64,000 bases of DNA from Nitrosopumilus sp. (GTDB lineage Archaea > Thermoproteota > Nitrososphaeria > Nitrososphaerales > Nitrosopumilaceae). A program made the position numbers and the translations under genes. This document shows, piece by piece, positions 39,711-49,016 of this stretch (position 1 is its first letter; each line of letters begins with the position of its first letter). Below the pieces are notes generated by a model. The model made no database searches, had not been told where the DNA came from, and worked only from the letters and a program-made list of their open reading frames with translations. The DNA lies in assembly GCA_965219345.1 (NCBI GenBank), contig OZ244732.1:512001-576000 (forward strand), read 5' to 3'.

Positions 39711-39755
39711 ATGAGGAACATTTTGAAACGTTAAAGCGGAACACAAAGCGGAACA
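39711..39755. promoter_or_regulatory. direct-repeat operator candidate AAAGCGGAACA x2 plus a GGAACA half-site
   Basis: Perfect 11-mers at 39733-39743 and 39745-39755, GGAACA at 39715-39720, just upstream of the wHTH gene. Confidence 0.55.
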
Positions 39756-39995
39756 GGGATTTTGTTAGAAAAATACCATGATTTTTCAGAAAATTGATGC
39801 GGGGGAGAAAATTTCTAAAAATTTTATGCCTAAAAATTCAATTAGAAAAAAATTATTTTCTTAAAAAAATAACCATTATAGATTTTATTTCAAAAATGAT
39901 GCAATTTTGAGAATTTTTTTATCATTTTCAAGAAATTTAGCATATAAAGAACAAGATGATTCCTCGCCATTCCTAATCTATCATTTACGCAAATC

Positions 39996-40346
39996 TTGAG
40001 CATGAAAAAATTCCAGAATAGAACTAATGAGATATTTGCAATTCTATTGATGCTTAGTGTTTCACCATTATCTGTAACCTACTCATTTGCAGATGTTATT
40101 GATTATCAAGATGAAGAGGATGACATTCCAGATGTCCCAAAAAATATTCAAAATAGCAGACTCAGAATAATTTCTGTTGCGAAACTAGTTAATGGAAAGC
40201 CAGAAGTTCTACATTATGCTTTACCGGGTGATTTTTCAGATAATGATACACAAAGAATGCCATCATTTGAAGATAAAATACCAGATTGGGCATATGTGAA
40301 CTACAAGACACTTGCTCTAGTCAAGAATTCAGAAATTCAAAATTGA
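39996..40346 (+). CDS. hypothetical secreted protein, possibly truncated
   Basis: Signal peptide ending YSFA, acidic linker; probable ATG at 40002. Confidence 0.55.
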   Translation: MSMKKFQNRTNEIFAILLMLSVSPLSVTYSFADVIDYQDEEDDIPDVPKNIQNSRLRIISVAKLVNGKPEVLHYALPGDFSDNDTQRMPSFEDKIPDWAYVNYKTLALVKNSEIQN

Positions 40347-40452
40347 TGATATAATCACCGCTTTTTTCTTTAGTTGACTAAAAATCATTCACAAGGTCAG
40401 CTTTGAGATTCATAGTAACTTTTTATTCCTAGATTGAAAAGAAAATCATAAA

Positions 40453-40917
40453 ATGTTTGATAAATTTAGAGAAGGAGAGATGGTAGAAGAAAGAATGGTA
40501 GAAAATGAAAATGCTGGAGAATCTGTGGAATCTACTTCAACAGCAGAGTCTGAAATTGGAATTGGAGAATTAATAGGAAAACGTGCAAAATTAGAAGAGG
40601 CAATAGATTACGTTGGCTTGATGATTAAGAATCTTAAAGACAAGAGAACTTTGCTTGAAAAAGATATTGAGGAGGAATCAGTAGATATTAAAAATCTTAA
40701 AGAAAAACTACAGAAAGTTAGTGAATACATTGAAGAGGAAAATAAAGGGATCCAGGAGCTTGCAATTAAGAGAAAGCAGGTAGAGAATGAAGCTGATAAA
40801 GTAGGTACAATCATCAATACATTAAGAGATAGACTATCAGGAATTGATAGAATTATTGATGATGAAGGTAATACAGTTAAGAGAGTAAAAGAATCTAGAG
40901 AATCATTAGAAGATTAA
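40453..40917 (+). CDS. coiled-coil protein
   Basis: Continuous heptad pattern rich in E/K/L/I. Confidence 0.75.
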   Translation: MFDKFREGEMVEERMVENENAGESVESTSTAESEIGIGELIGKRAKLEEAIDYVGLMIKNLKDKRTLLEKDIEEESVDIKNLKEKLQKVSEYIEEENKGIQELAIKRKQVENEADKVGTIINTLRDRLSGIDRIIDDEGNTVKRVKESRESLED

Positions 40918-40928
40918 AATTTTTAGAA

Positions 40929-41570
40929 TTAGAGGAATTTAGCAGTAGACACTTCTTGAGTATTTGTTGGAACTGAAGGGAACATTTGACCTGCAGAACT
41001 TTCTGCAACAGCAGCAGCCTCTTTTAGAATATTCTCTGATTCTACGTTAGTAGATTCATCAACTCCAAATGCTACATCGCCAGAGAAACTCTCTGTCATA
41101 AAGCCTCCAAGCATTTCTGCCATTTGCCCAATTTCTTGTTCAGCCCCAGGCATTATTTTTCCAAGAGATGATTTTAGATTCTTCATCAGACCCACTGTTG
41201 GCATCATTGCTACCACAGTGTCTCCAAGATCACTGCAGGTAGTTAGACGTAATTCAATTTGTTCTAATGCTATTCTAGCACTACTCAAAATTTTTGTAAC
41301 TTTTCTTATCTCTGCTAACTCATTACCAAGAACTTTGGTGGTTTGAGTATCATGTTTTTGTGTTGCCTCTACAATTCTTTGAAATAATTTTGCATCACGT
41401 TCTTGTAAGTTTGTTAACATCGAATCTAATTTGTTAATTTGTAATTGTAATTTTTTAACTGCGTTTGAAATTCTTGGTTTTAGTGGACCTTTAGGTTTGA
41501 TAGAATCATTAATTTTTTCAGTAATACCTGGCTTTGGTTGTTTCGTCCATTTACTAGATAAATTAGGCAT
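40929..41570 (-). CDS. cdvB: ESCRT-III / CdvB paralogue (Snf7 family)
   Basis: Clear paralogue of 23331-23987 (LKPRI, ELAEIRKVTK, LEQIELRLTT..DLGD, FPSVP). Confidence 0.9.
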   Translation of the reverse strand: MPNLSSKWTKQPKPGITEKINDSIKPKGPLKPRISNAVKKLQLQINKLDSMLTNLQERDAKLFQRIVEATQKHDTQTTKVLGNELAEIRKVTKILSSARIALEQIELRLTTCSDLGDTVVAMMPTVGLMKNLKSSLGKIMPGAEQEIGQMAEMLGGFMTESFSGDVAFGVDESTNVESENILKEAAAVAESSAGQMFPSVPTNTQEVSTAKFL

Positions 41571-41695
41571 TGAATACGATTTTAGAAAATGTACTTAATT
41601 TCAGGTGTGAATATTGATTTACATTTGATAAAATTTCACTAACAAAAACTAAACTATAGGAATAGCCTTTATTTGAGGTCTGTAAAGTAGGTTAA

Positions 41696-42127
41696 TTGAA
41701 TAAAAAAATTGTATTAATTCCCATAGTTATGATAGTTGCAATTTTTGTAATTATTTCTTCATCAGACCCATCTGAGAAAAATGGCAATCTTGTATTTCAT
41801 GTAACTCTTGCAGATCCTAGCTTATACACTAATGGAGCCTACACTGATACATTTACTATCAATAATGGCGAGTATTCTTTTAGATTTGTTCCAAATGGAA
41901 GTAGCCCAAAGATCTTATCAATAACATTGAGTGGAGAAAAATTTGACTTTTCTCAAGATTTTAGGCTTGAAAGTACCTCACACCAAACTGGGACCTCTGA
42001 ATATTTTACATGGGAATATGTTGGGCAAAAAATTATTTTGATTTCTGAGATGCAAGAAATTTCTATAATTATCAATCCAAATGGAAATGTAGTGGGTTCG
42101 GTATCTGTGGATATTTTAGAAAATTAA
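41696..42127 (+). CDS. hypothetical membrane-anchored extracellular protein
   Basis: N-terminal hydrophobic anchor, beta-rich domain. Confidence 0.7.
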   Translation: MNKKIVLIPIVMIVAIFVIISSSDPSEKNGNLVFHVTLADPSLYTNGAYTDTFTINNGEYSFRFVPNGSSPKILSITLSGEKFDFSQDFRLESTSHQTGTSEYFTWEYVGQKIILISEMQEISIIINPNGNVVGSVSVDILEN

Positions 42128-42259
42128 ATGGCGTAAACCCCTTTGCTACAGAACTATGAGAGATTTCCTCTCGTTGTCAGCACGTAATAACGTCTGATTG
42201 CCATTTTCGTTCTGCGGGGTTACGCAATCTTAGTCGATAGGATTTATACCCTTCGGCAT
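42126..42259 (-). ncRNA. candidate multi-stem structured RNA
   Basis: Four nested helices plus a 5' hairpin; TTAAATAG TATA-like box at 42288-42281; no long ORF. Confidence 0.62.
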
Positions 42260-42393
42260 TAATTACTATAGTAACTTTAACTATTTAACATTTCATTAAA
42301 TATTTTATAAAATTTATGATATTTTATAAAATATTTTGTGCCTATTTGGAGGCATGATTGATCTATAAATTACGAATTTTTATTTAGAAAATA

Positions 42394-43137
42394 TTGAGAT
42401 TATCTGGAAAAGTTGCATTAGTAACAGGTGGAAGTCGCGGAATAGGATTTTCTATAGCAAAAATTTTGTCAGAAAATGGAGCAACAGTAATGATAACAGC
42501 AAAGAATCAAGATCGATTAAAAAAATCAACATTGAAGATCCCAAATGCAATATGTATTGCAGCTGATATTAGAAATACAAATGAAGTAAAAAATGTTGTA
42601 AATGAAACAGTTGAGAAATTTGGTAAATTAGATATTCTTGTAAATAATGCTGGAATATTTCCAAAGATCAGGCAATTACACGAGATTGATGAAGATGAAT
42701 GGAATGAAGTTTTAGATGTAAATCTTACAGGACAGTTTAGATTTACTAAGGAAGCAATTCCTCATTTGAAAAAAACAGGTGGTTCAATAATTAACATTTC
42801 ATCTGATGCAGGATTAAAGGCATATGAGGGATTTAATACTGATGCATATTCTGCTTCGAAAGCTGCTTTAATTTTACTAACAAAATGTTGGGCACTTGAA
42901 TATGCTAAAGACAGGGTTAGGGTTAACTGTATTTGTCCTGGAGTTGTAGATACAGATATGTCAAAACCGTTTTTGAAAACTCAGAAAGATAGAGAATTCA
43001 TGGATAGTGAACACCCAATAGGCAGAATTGGACAACCTGAAGAAGTGGCAAAAGCAGTAATGTATTTTGTATCAGATGACGCATCTTGGACTACAGGAGC
43101 AGTACTTGCAGTTGATGGAGGGGAATCAGTAAAATGA
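42394..43137 (+). CDS. short-chain dehydrogenase/reductase (FabG-like)
   Basis: TGGSRGIG, NNAG, YSASK, RVNCICPG, VDGG. Confidence 0.93.
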   Translation: MRLSGKVALVTGGSRGIGFSIAKILSENGATVMITAKNQDRLKKSTLKIPNAICIAADIRNTNEVKNVVNETVEKFGKLDILVNNAGIFPKIRQLHEIDEDEWNEVLDVNLTGQFRFTKEAIPHLKKTGGSIINISSDAGLKAYEGFNTDAYSASKAALILLTKCWALEYAKDRVRVNCICPGVVDTDMSKPFLKTQKDREFMDSEHPIGRIGQPEEVAKAVMYFVSDDASWTTGAVLAVDGGESVK

Positions 43138-43147
43138 ATTCACATAA

Positions 43148-43384
43148 ATGGTTTACAATACTGGAGAAAAGAATATGATGAAGGATAGGAAGGCAAAAGC
43201 AAAGTTGATCATACTTTTAGGAAGTATTTGGATTATCATTACATTACCACTGCCATGGTTAGTAAACAACCCACTGGTTTCAGAAACACAGTTTAACACC
43301 ATACTTGCCATCATAGGAGTTATGTCAATTCCATTTATTGTTCTGGGAGTTGTTTGGACATTAAAGCCAGAACTTACAACTTAG
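43148..43384 (+). CDS. small two-TM membrane protein
   Basis: Two hydrophobic helices; probable start at about 43176. Confidence 0.65.
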   Translation: MVYNTGEKNMMKDRKAKAKLIILLGSIWIIITLPLPWLVNNPLVSETQFNTILAIIGVMSIPFIVLGVVWTLKPELTT

Positions 43385-43396
43385 TAGTGATTTCAT

Positions 43397-44212
43397 TTGA
43401 AAGATATCCCCATAGCTAATAAGATTCCTGAATTAGATATCGCCATTAAGGCTGCAAGAGAGGCAGGAAATGCAGTTTTAAGGATTTATCAGGGAGATTT
43501 CAAAGTATCACAAAAAAATGATGATTCTCCAATTACAGAAGCAGATCTGAAAAGTAATGAAATTATTAAAGAAATTCTCTCTCAGACAGAACATGTGATT
43601 TTATCTGAAGAAGACAAAGATGATCAAAGTCGATTATCAAAGGACACAGTTTGGATTGTAGATCCGCTTGATGGAACTTCTGATTTTGTTGATAAGACAG
43701 GTGAATTTACAGTTATGATTGCGCTAATCAAAAATAAAAAACCAATTCTTGGAGTTATTAGTTGGCCTACAGAAAAAACATTCTTTGTTGCACAAAAAGG
43801 AAGTGGGGCATTTAGATACTCAAATGGTGAGTGGAGAAAAATATCTGTAACTATATCAACAGAACTTTCAAAGTGTAGAGTAGTTGGTTCAAGACACCAT
43901 CTATCAGATAAAGAAAAATTATTTATCAAAAAATTGGGTATTGAAAATTTTACAAGTATAGGTAGTTCATTAAAGGTTGGAAAGATCAGCTCAGGAGAGG
44001 CTGAAGCATATATCACAACTACAAATAAAATGAAGGAATGGGATTCAGCTGCATCTTATTGTATTATTTTGGAAGCAGGAGGTAAGATGACAGATATGTT
44101 AGGAAATGATATCACTTACAATAACAAACAAGTGTATCATAAAAATGGAATTCTAGTGACAAATGGTTTAATTCATGAAAAAATTGTTGAAGAATTTAGA
44201 AAATTAGAGTAG
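43397..44212 (+). CDS. cysQ: 3'(2'),5'-bisphosphate nucleotidase (inositol monophosphatase family)
   Basis: SPITEAD, LSEE, WIVDPLDGT, GSRHH, GSSLK, EWDSAA. Confidence 0.9.
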   Translation: MKDIPIANKIPELDIAIKAAREAGNAVLRIYQGDFKVSQKNDDSPITEADLKSNEIIKEILSQTEHVILSEEDKDDQSRLSKDTVWIVDPLDGTSDFVDKTGEFTVMIALIKNKKPILGVISWPTEKTFFVAQKGSGAFRYSNGEWRKISVTISTELSKCRVVGSRHHLSDKEKLFIKKLGIENFTSIGSSLKVGKISSGEAEAYITTTNKMKEWDSAASYCIILEAGGKMTDMLGNDITYNNKQVYHKNGILVTNGLIHEKIVEEFRKLE

Positions 44213-44719
44213 GTTTCTTCCTTTGAGAAAGTCCTTTACTTTATTTGCACTATCTGAAAGTGAATCATGTTCTGTATCAATTACTAGATCTGCTTTTTCT
44301 GGAGCTTCATAAGGATCATCAATTCCCGTAAATCCTTTGATTTCTCCTTTTCTTGCCTTGGCATACATGCCTTTGACATCTCTTTCTTCACATTTTTCAA
44401 GTGAACACTTTACAAAACATTCTGCAAACTGATCACCAGCATTGATAATCTCTCTAGCATTTTCTCTATTCTCGATATATGGAGACACTAAAGATACTAC
44501 ACTTGGAACACCATGATTTAGCAAAAGCTTAGCCAAATGAGCAACTTTTTTGTTGTGTTCGTCACGTCCTTCTTTTGAAAAGTCTTTTGGAGAGAACCAT
44601 TCTCTTAATTCATCGCCATCGAGCATTGCCAAATTTGGTATATCTTTTTGCAAATCTTTTACAATTGTAGTCTTTCCTGAACAAGGAAGACCAGTCATCC
44701 AAAGAATAAAGGATTTCAT
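44204..44719 (-). CDS. cysC: adenylyl-sulfate kinase
   Basis: WMTGLPCSGKTT, LDGD, RDVKGMY.KA..GEI..FTGIDDPYE.P. Confidence 0.96.
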   Translation of the reverse strand: MKSFILWMTGLPCSGKTTIVKDLQKDIPNLAMLDGDELREWFSPKDFSKEGRDEHNKKVAHLAKLLLNHGVPSVVSLVSPYIENRENAREIINAGDQFAECFVKCSLEKCEERDVKGMYAKARKGEIKGFTGIDDPYEAPEKADLVIDTEHDSLSDSANKVKDFLKGRNLL

Positions 44720-44755
44720 AAATTAAATCTCAAAATAGCCCATAAAGAGCTTACG

Positions 44756-45298
44756 TTAATTTTGAAACCAAGGTTGATTTTCTAAATATTCAATTTCTTG
44801 AATCATATCTTTCATCTTTTTTGAAATTGTCATAACTGACTTAAATTGTTCATACATATCATATTCTTCTTCTTTCGAGAGTACTTCTGATTCAGCTTTA
44901 TCAAAAAAGTTTTCTTCTTTGGTCATATGGTCCACAAGATATATCGAATATGTTTTCAAATATCGGGCAACGGGTTCTCTTGTATCTTCTCCTTCTTTCC
45001 ATCTTTTAAGATATTTTTTGATCTGTATTGAAATCCTTCTTGAAAACTCATGTTCTATTAATAGAGATCTAATTTCTTGTTTAAGATGATCATAGCTAGC
45101 AACACAAGGAAAATAGGAATCTTCCTCTCTTGAATAATGAATAGAATCTAAGAATTCCTCTATAACTAATGTGATTTTATCTATATCAGATAAAGGAATA
45201 TTTTTCCCTGCATAAAGTTCTGTATAACACTTTATGATTACCTTCTCCAAGCGTTTAATCTGCTTGTGATCCTCACGTAATGCTTCTGTTGCACTCAA
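44756..45298 (-). CDS. hemerythrin (HHE) domain protein
   Basis: L.EDH, H...EE..FP, EH, H..KEE..F. Confidence 0.88.
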   Translation of the reverse strand: MSATEALREDHKQIKRLEKVIIKCYTELYAGKNIPLSDIDKITLVIEEFLDSIHYSREEDSYFPCVASYDHLKQEIRSLLIEHEFSRRISIQIKKYLKRWKEGEDTREPVARYLKTYSIYLVDHMTKEENFFDKAESEVLSKEEEYDMYEQFKSVMTISKKMKDMIQEIEYLENQPWFQN

Positions 45299-45416
45299 TT
45301 AAGGAGAATATTATCAAGGTTGATTTAATGTGTATCTAAAAATCAACTATGGAGCTTAAAATTATCAAACGAATCCAATTTAACTTTTATCCACATATGT
45401 TTACATTCAGTCATTA

Positions 45417-46802
45417 ATGAATCCCATAATTTTGTCTGTTTTGAATTTGATTAGAGGACAAGTTGAAGAGGCTTTTCCATTATCTGATTTTGATCCAAGT
45501 TTGATTTTAGATAAAATTGCAGAGATACAAAGTTCTATGTCTACATCATCTATTCAGGATGGACCAATTGCTTCAGCCCATGTAATATTACTTGCAGCAG
45601 GAGTAGTAATTTTTCTTGGTGTTGCAGGAGAAGCATTCTTCAAAAAAACAGGAATTCCAGATGTAGCATTTTTGATGATTTTTGGAGTAATAATAGGACC
45701 TGCCCTTGGAATTATTCAATCTGAAGCTGTTATAGAAGTAGTGCCATATTTTGCAGCACTTGCATTGATAATTATCATGTTTGATGGTGGATTACACTTA
45801 GACATCAAACATATTGTAAAAACTGCACACTTTTCCGTAACACTGGCTGTTCTTGGTTTTATTTTGTCAGTTGTAATCATTAGCCTTGCTGCTCATTATG
45901 CATTAGGATGGTTTTGGTTAGAGAGCATTTTGTTAGCTTCAATTGTAGGTGGCAGTAGTTCAGCAATTGTTTTTGGCCTCGTCAGAAATATCAAAATTTC
46001 AGAAGAAGTCAAATCAATGCTAAGTTTTGAATCTGCACTAACCGATATTTTAGCCATGATTGTTGCATTCATATTATTTGAAGCAGTGCTTATAGGACAT
46101 TTTGATCTGCAAACATTGCAAGAAACCCTTGGAAGAGCAGTTGTTGTAGGTTTGGTTCTTGGGTTCGGTGTAGGAATTCCATGGATGTATGTTTCAACAA
46201 AGCTTGGAAATGCTCAACATGCATACATGCTTACATTAGGAATATTGTTTGTTTTGTTCTTCTTAGCAAACTCATTTGGAGAATCTGGAGCTTTGACAGC
46301 ACTAGTATTTGGTTTAATGCTTGGAAACAAACGTCACCTATCACGAATACTCAAATTTAAGCTGCCAAAGATCGAGACGGATGATCCAACACATAACCAA
46401 CTAACATTTTTGGTTAGATCATTCTTCTTTGTGTTTGTTGGATTAATGGCAAGTTTTGGACAAATAGAATATGTTGTATTTGGAATTTTGATTACAATTG
46501 CTGTTTTTGGTGGAAGAATATTTGTTGGCAAGATAACACTAACAAAAAGATTTTCCAAATTGGATAGAGCAGTAACAAACTCAATGATTCCTAGAGGACT
46601 AGCTGCAGCTGTGCTTGCTACATATCCAGTGACTATGGGTCTGTCAAATGGAGAAGCATACCCACAAATCATCTTCTTTATCATTTTATCATCAGTAATT
46701 ATTACAACAGTTGGGTTAGGAAAATCAAAGAAGATTCCTCCACCTGAATCAGTTGAAGGTGGATTTGTCAAAAAACCACCTGAGGATTCACAAAGAGAAT
46801 AG
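45417..46802 (+). CDS. cation:proton antiporter (CPA1/NhaP-like)
   Basis: Multi-TM, MFDGGL, FESALTD, PRGLAAAVLA. Confidence 0.9.
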   Translation: MNPIILSVLNLIRGQVEEAFPLSDFDPSLILDKIAEIQSSMSTSSIQDGPIASAHVILLAAGVVIFLGVAGEAFFKKTGIPDVAFLMIFGVIIGPALGIIQSEAVIEVVPYFAALALIIIMFDGGLHLDIKHIVKTAHFSVTLAVLGFILSVVIISLAAHYALGWFWLESILLASIVGGSSSAIVFGLVRNIKISEEVKSMLSFESALTDILAMIVAFILFEAVLIGHFDLQTLQETLGRAVVVGLVLGFGVGIPWMYVSTKLGNAQHAYMLTLGILFVLFFLANSFGESGALTALVFGLMLGNKRHLSRILKFKLPKIETDDPTHNQLTFLVRSFFFVFVGLMASFGQIEYVVFGILITIAVFGGRIFVGKITLTKRFSKLDRAVTNSMIPRGLAAAVLATYPVTMGLSNGEAYPQIIFFIILSSVIITTVGLGKSKKIPPPESVEGGFVKKPPEDSQRE

Positions 46803-47006
46803 ATGAACAATTTATCATTCCTACGCGTGCCTTATATGCAAAATTTCTTTATTGACTTTATGGTAGAAATTCAATCAATTCCAAAAAAAGAAAATTCGTC
46901 TTTTGAAGAAAAACTATCTTGGAGAGATATTCAGGGATTAAGCTGGACATTAGAAGAACATAGTTTTGAATTAAATGAAAAATTTCCTACTTACGCACAA
47001 GCGTAA
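46803..47006 (+). CDS. small hypothetical protein
   Basis: Short ORF, probable start at ATG 46860; no recognisable motif. Confidence 0.4.
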   Translation: MNNLSFLRVPYMQNFFIDFMVEIQSIPKKENSSFEEKLSWRDIQGLSWTLEEHSFELNEKFPTYAQA

Positions 47007-47024
47007 GTTAGATTATTTTTTAAA

Positions 47025-47930
47025 TTATAGATCAAGTGTTTCTTTGAGACCCTTGTATCTATTTCTGATAGTTACTTCAGTAACATTTGCAGCTTCGGCA
47101 ATATCACGTTGAGTTTTATCTTCATCATTTCTAACACAGGATAGATATAATGCTGCAGCTGCTAGTCCCATTGGATCTTTTCCTGCAGAAACTTCATTTT
47201 GTTGTGCTTGTTTTAGTACTTTGACTGCATATCTTTTAGTTTTTTCAGCAATTCCAATTCTACTTGCAATTCTTGCAACACATTGGACTGAATCAGTTAC
47301 TGGCATCTTCAAATCAAGTTCTTTAACTAGTAATCTATAGCATCTTGCAATATCTTTTCTTTTAATATTACCAGCTTGTTCTACATCTTTTAGATTTCTT
47401 GGAGTTGCAGTATCACGACAAGCCGCGTAAAGCGCTGCAGCCATCAAAGCTGAAATGGAACGGCCTCTAACAAGACCTTTTTCAAGTGCTTTTCTGTAAA
47501 GGTAAGCTGCTTTTTCAATAACTGCATCAGAAATAGCTAATTTGTCTTTTAGTCTATTTAATTCATTAAATGCTTGTCTAAAGTTTCTATCTACTGGTTC
47601 ATGAACTTGACTTCTACTATCCCAAGTTCTAAGTCTTTCAATGGTGCTTTTCATAGATGCTGTAAGTGGTCTGCCGGAAGCATCTTTGTTTACAGGATTA
47701 ATGATTGTTGCAAGACCCATATCATGCATTGTCAATGATGTAGGTGCACCAGCTCTTGCTCTGTCACCATGTTCATCTTGAGAAAAGGATCTCCATTCTG
47801 GTCCAGATTCTTGCAATTTTTCAGTAATTACAAATCCACATTTGGAGCAGAACATCTCTCCTGATTCATTATCAGTAACTAATTTTCCCTGTGCACATCT
47901 TGGACATATTGCATCTGTTTTACTTACCAT
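47025..47930 (-). CDS. tfb: transcription initiation factor IIB (TFB)
   Basis: Zinc ribbon CPRC...CSKCG, GPEWRSF, two cyclin repeats, GKDP.GLAAAALY, VTEVTIRNRY. Confidence 0.97.
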   Translation of the reverse strand: MVSKTDAICPRCAQGKLVTDNESGEMFCSKCGFVITEKLQESGPEWRSFSQDEHGDRARAGAPTSLTMHDMGLATIINPVNKDASGRPLTASMKSTIERLRTWDSRSQVHEPVDRNFRQAFNELNRLKDKLAISDAVIEKAAYLYRKALEKGLVRGRSISALMAAALYAACRDTATPRNLKDVEQAGNIKRKDIARCYRLLVKELDLKMPVTDSVQCVARIASRIGIAEKTKRYAVKVLKQAQQNEVSAGKDPMGLAAAALYLSCVRNDEDKTQRDIAEAANVTEVTIRNRYKGLKETLDL

Positions 47931-48087
47931 TCACGAGTCTAGGTTCCTCGTTGTTTGGTATTTATTAATCAACAACTTTTTTCTTCAAATTTTGAGCCAG
48001 ATTTGAGCCAAATAACAACAGAATAGTCATTATGGGATAATTCAAAGAAACACAAATCACCAGTTAGATTAACGGTTAATATTTAGA

Positions 48088-48396
48088 CTAAGATTCTAGT
48101 TTTTCTTTGATTGTTTGAACGTATTTTTTGTTGTATTTATTGAATAGTTTAATTTTGTTTTGAGATAAAGCCATAGCACCTGGTCTACTATTCACATGTT
48201 TTTCAGTAATTTTTTGTTGTTCTAAGAGTTTAACAAGATTCTCTTTTGGTTGAGATTCTAATTCTACAAGTAAAATTTCAAGTTCTTTTTCAAGAATATC
48301 TTTTGTGTCAGGAATTGCAGGAGGTTCAGCACCAATGATTTCTTTGGTTGTAATTTTACCAAATACTTTCTTGTCTAATTCAAGCAACAGTGACAA
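48088..48396 (-). CDS. hypothetical protein
   Basis: 102-aa helical ORF with genome-typical composition. Confidence 0.65.
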   Translation of the reverse strand: MSLLLELDKKVFGKITTKEIIGAEPPAIPDTKDILEKELEILLVELESQPKENLVKLLEQQKITEKHVNSRPGAMALSQNKIKLFNKYNKKYVQTIKEKLES

Positions 48397-48506
48397 TTGA
48401 AATTCGTGTTATAAATTCAATTTTATTTGAAAAGAGTTTACAAAAGTAACTTAATCATGCCTGATTAGTAAATGTCTACTTATAAGAAATCAACACGAGT
48501 AGAATT

Positions 48507-48779
48507 ATGGTAATTCCAGATGATGTTGAAGAATTTGTTGAAAAGCACATCAAGTTAATGATTTCACAGACTGAGACATACCTACCTTTTATCAAAGTTG
48601 TATTTCCTTACTCAAATAACGTAGCTGATAGTGTTTACAATCTAATTATTGGTAGTGCACTATCTGTATTTGTCAATCAATTTGCATTGAAGATGAAGAA
48701 TCCAACTGTGGAAGATTTTACAGATTTTGGAAAAATTGCTCTTAAATATAGAGATCAGATTGATCAGTTTTTTAAATAG
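48507..48779 (+). CDS. hypothetical protein
   Basis: 90-aa ORF with TTATAAG TATA box about 25 nt upstream. Confidence 0.7.
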   Translation: MVIPDDVEEFVEKHIKLMISQTETYLPFIKVVFPYSNNVADSVYNLIIGSALSVFVNQFALKMKNPTVEDFTDFGKIALKYRDQIDQFFK

Positions 48780-49010
48780 TTAGGCCAGTTCGCCTAGAAA
48801 ATGAACAGTATCATTAGTTACAATAACAGTTCTATCTTTTGGAACACGGTATAATTTTTTTAACCCATTAGAAGATTGAACAATGAGTTTTGAAAATGGA
48901 TCTTTGAGTGATTTGTAAAGAACTCCTTTATCGCCTACTGATTGAGACCAATGAGTTCCTTGTACAAAGGAAATTGTTTGAAACTTAACAACTTGGTATG
49001 AATAAACCAT
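48780..49010 (-). CDS. hypothetical protein
   Basis: 76-aa beta-rich ORF. Confidence 0.65.
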   Translation of the reverse strand: MVYSYQVVKFQTISFVQGTHWSQSVGDKGVLYKSLKDPFSKLIVQSSNGLKKLYRVPKDRTVIVTNDTVHFLGELA

Positions 49011-49016
49011 TACTAA

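Noticed and set aside
39770-39950. Long A/T-tract region as a second origin or MITE
   Set aside because: No ORB and no terminal inverted repeats or target duplication; consistent with a divergent promoter region
42126-42259. SRP RNA, RNase P RNA, 5S rRNA or tRNA identity
   Set aside because: It lacks the SRP helix-8 motif, the RNase P GAGGAAAGUCC-like core, the 5S pattern and a T-loop; it is too short for SRP or RNase P
42295-42340. TTTTATAAAA palindrome occurring twice
   Set aside because: Expected by chance in very AT-rich promoter DNA
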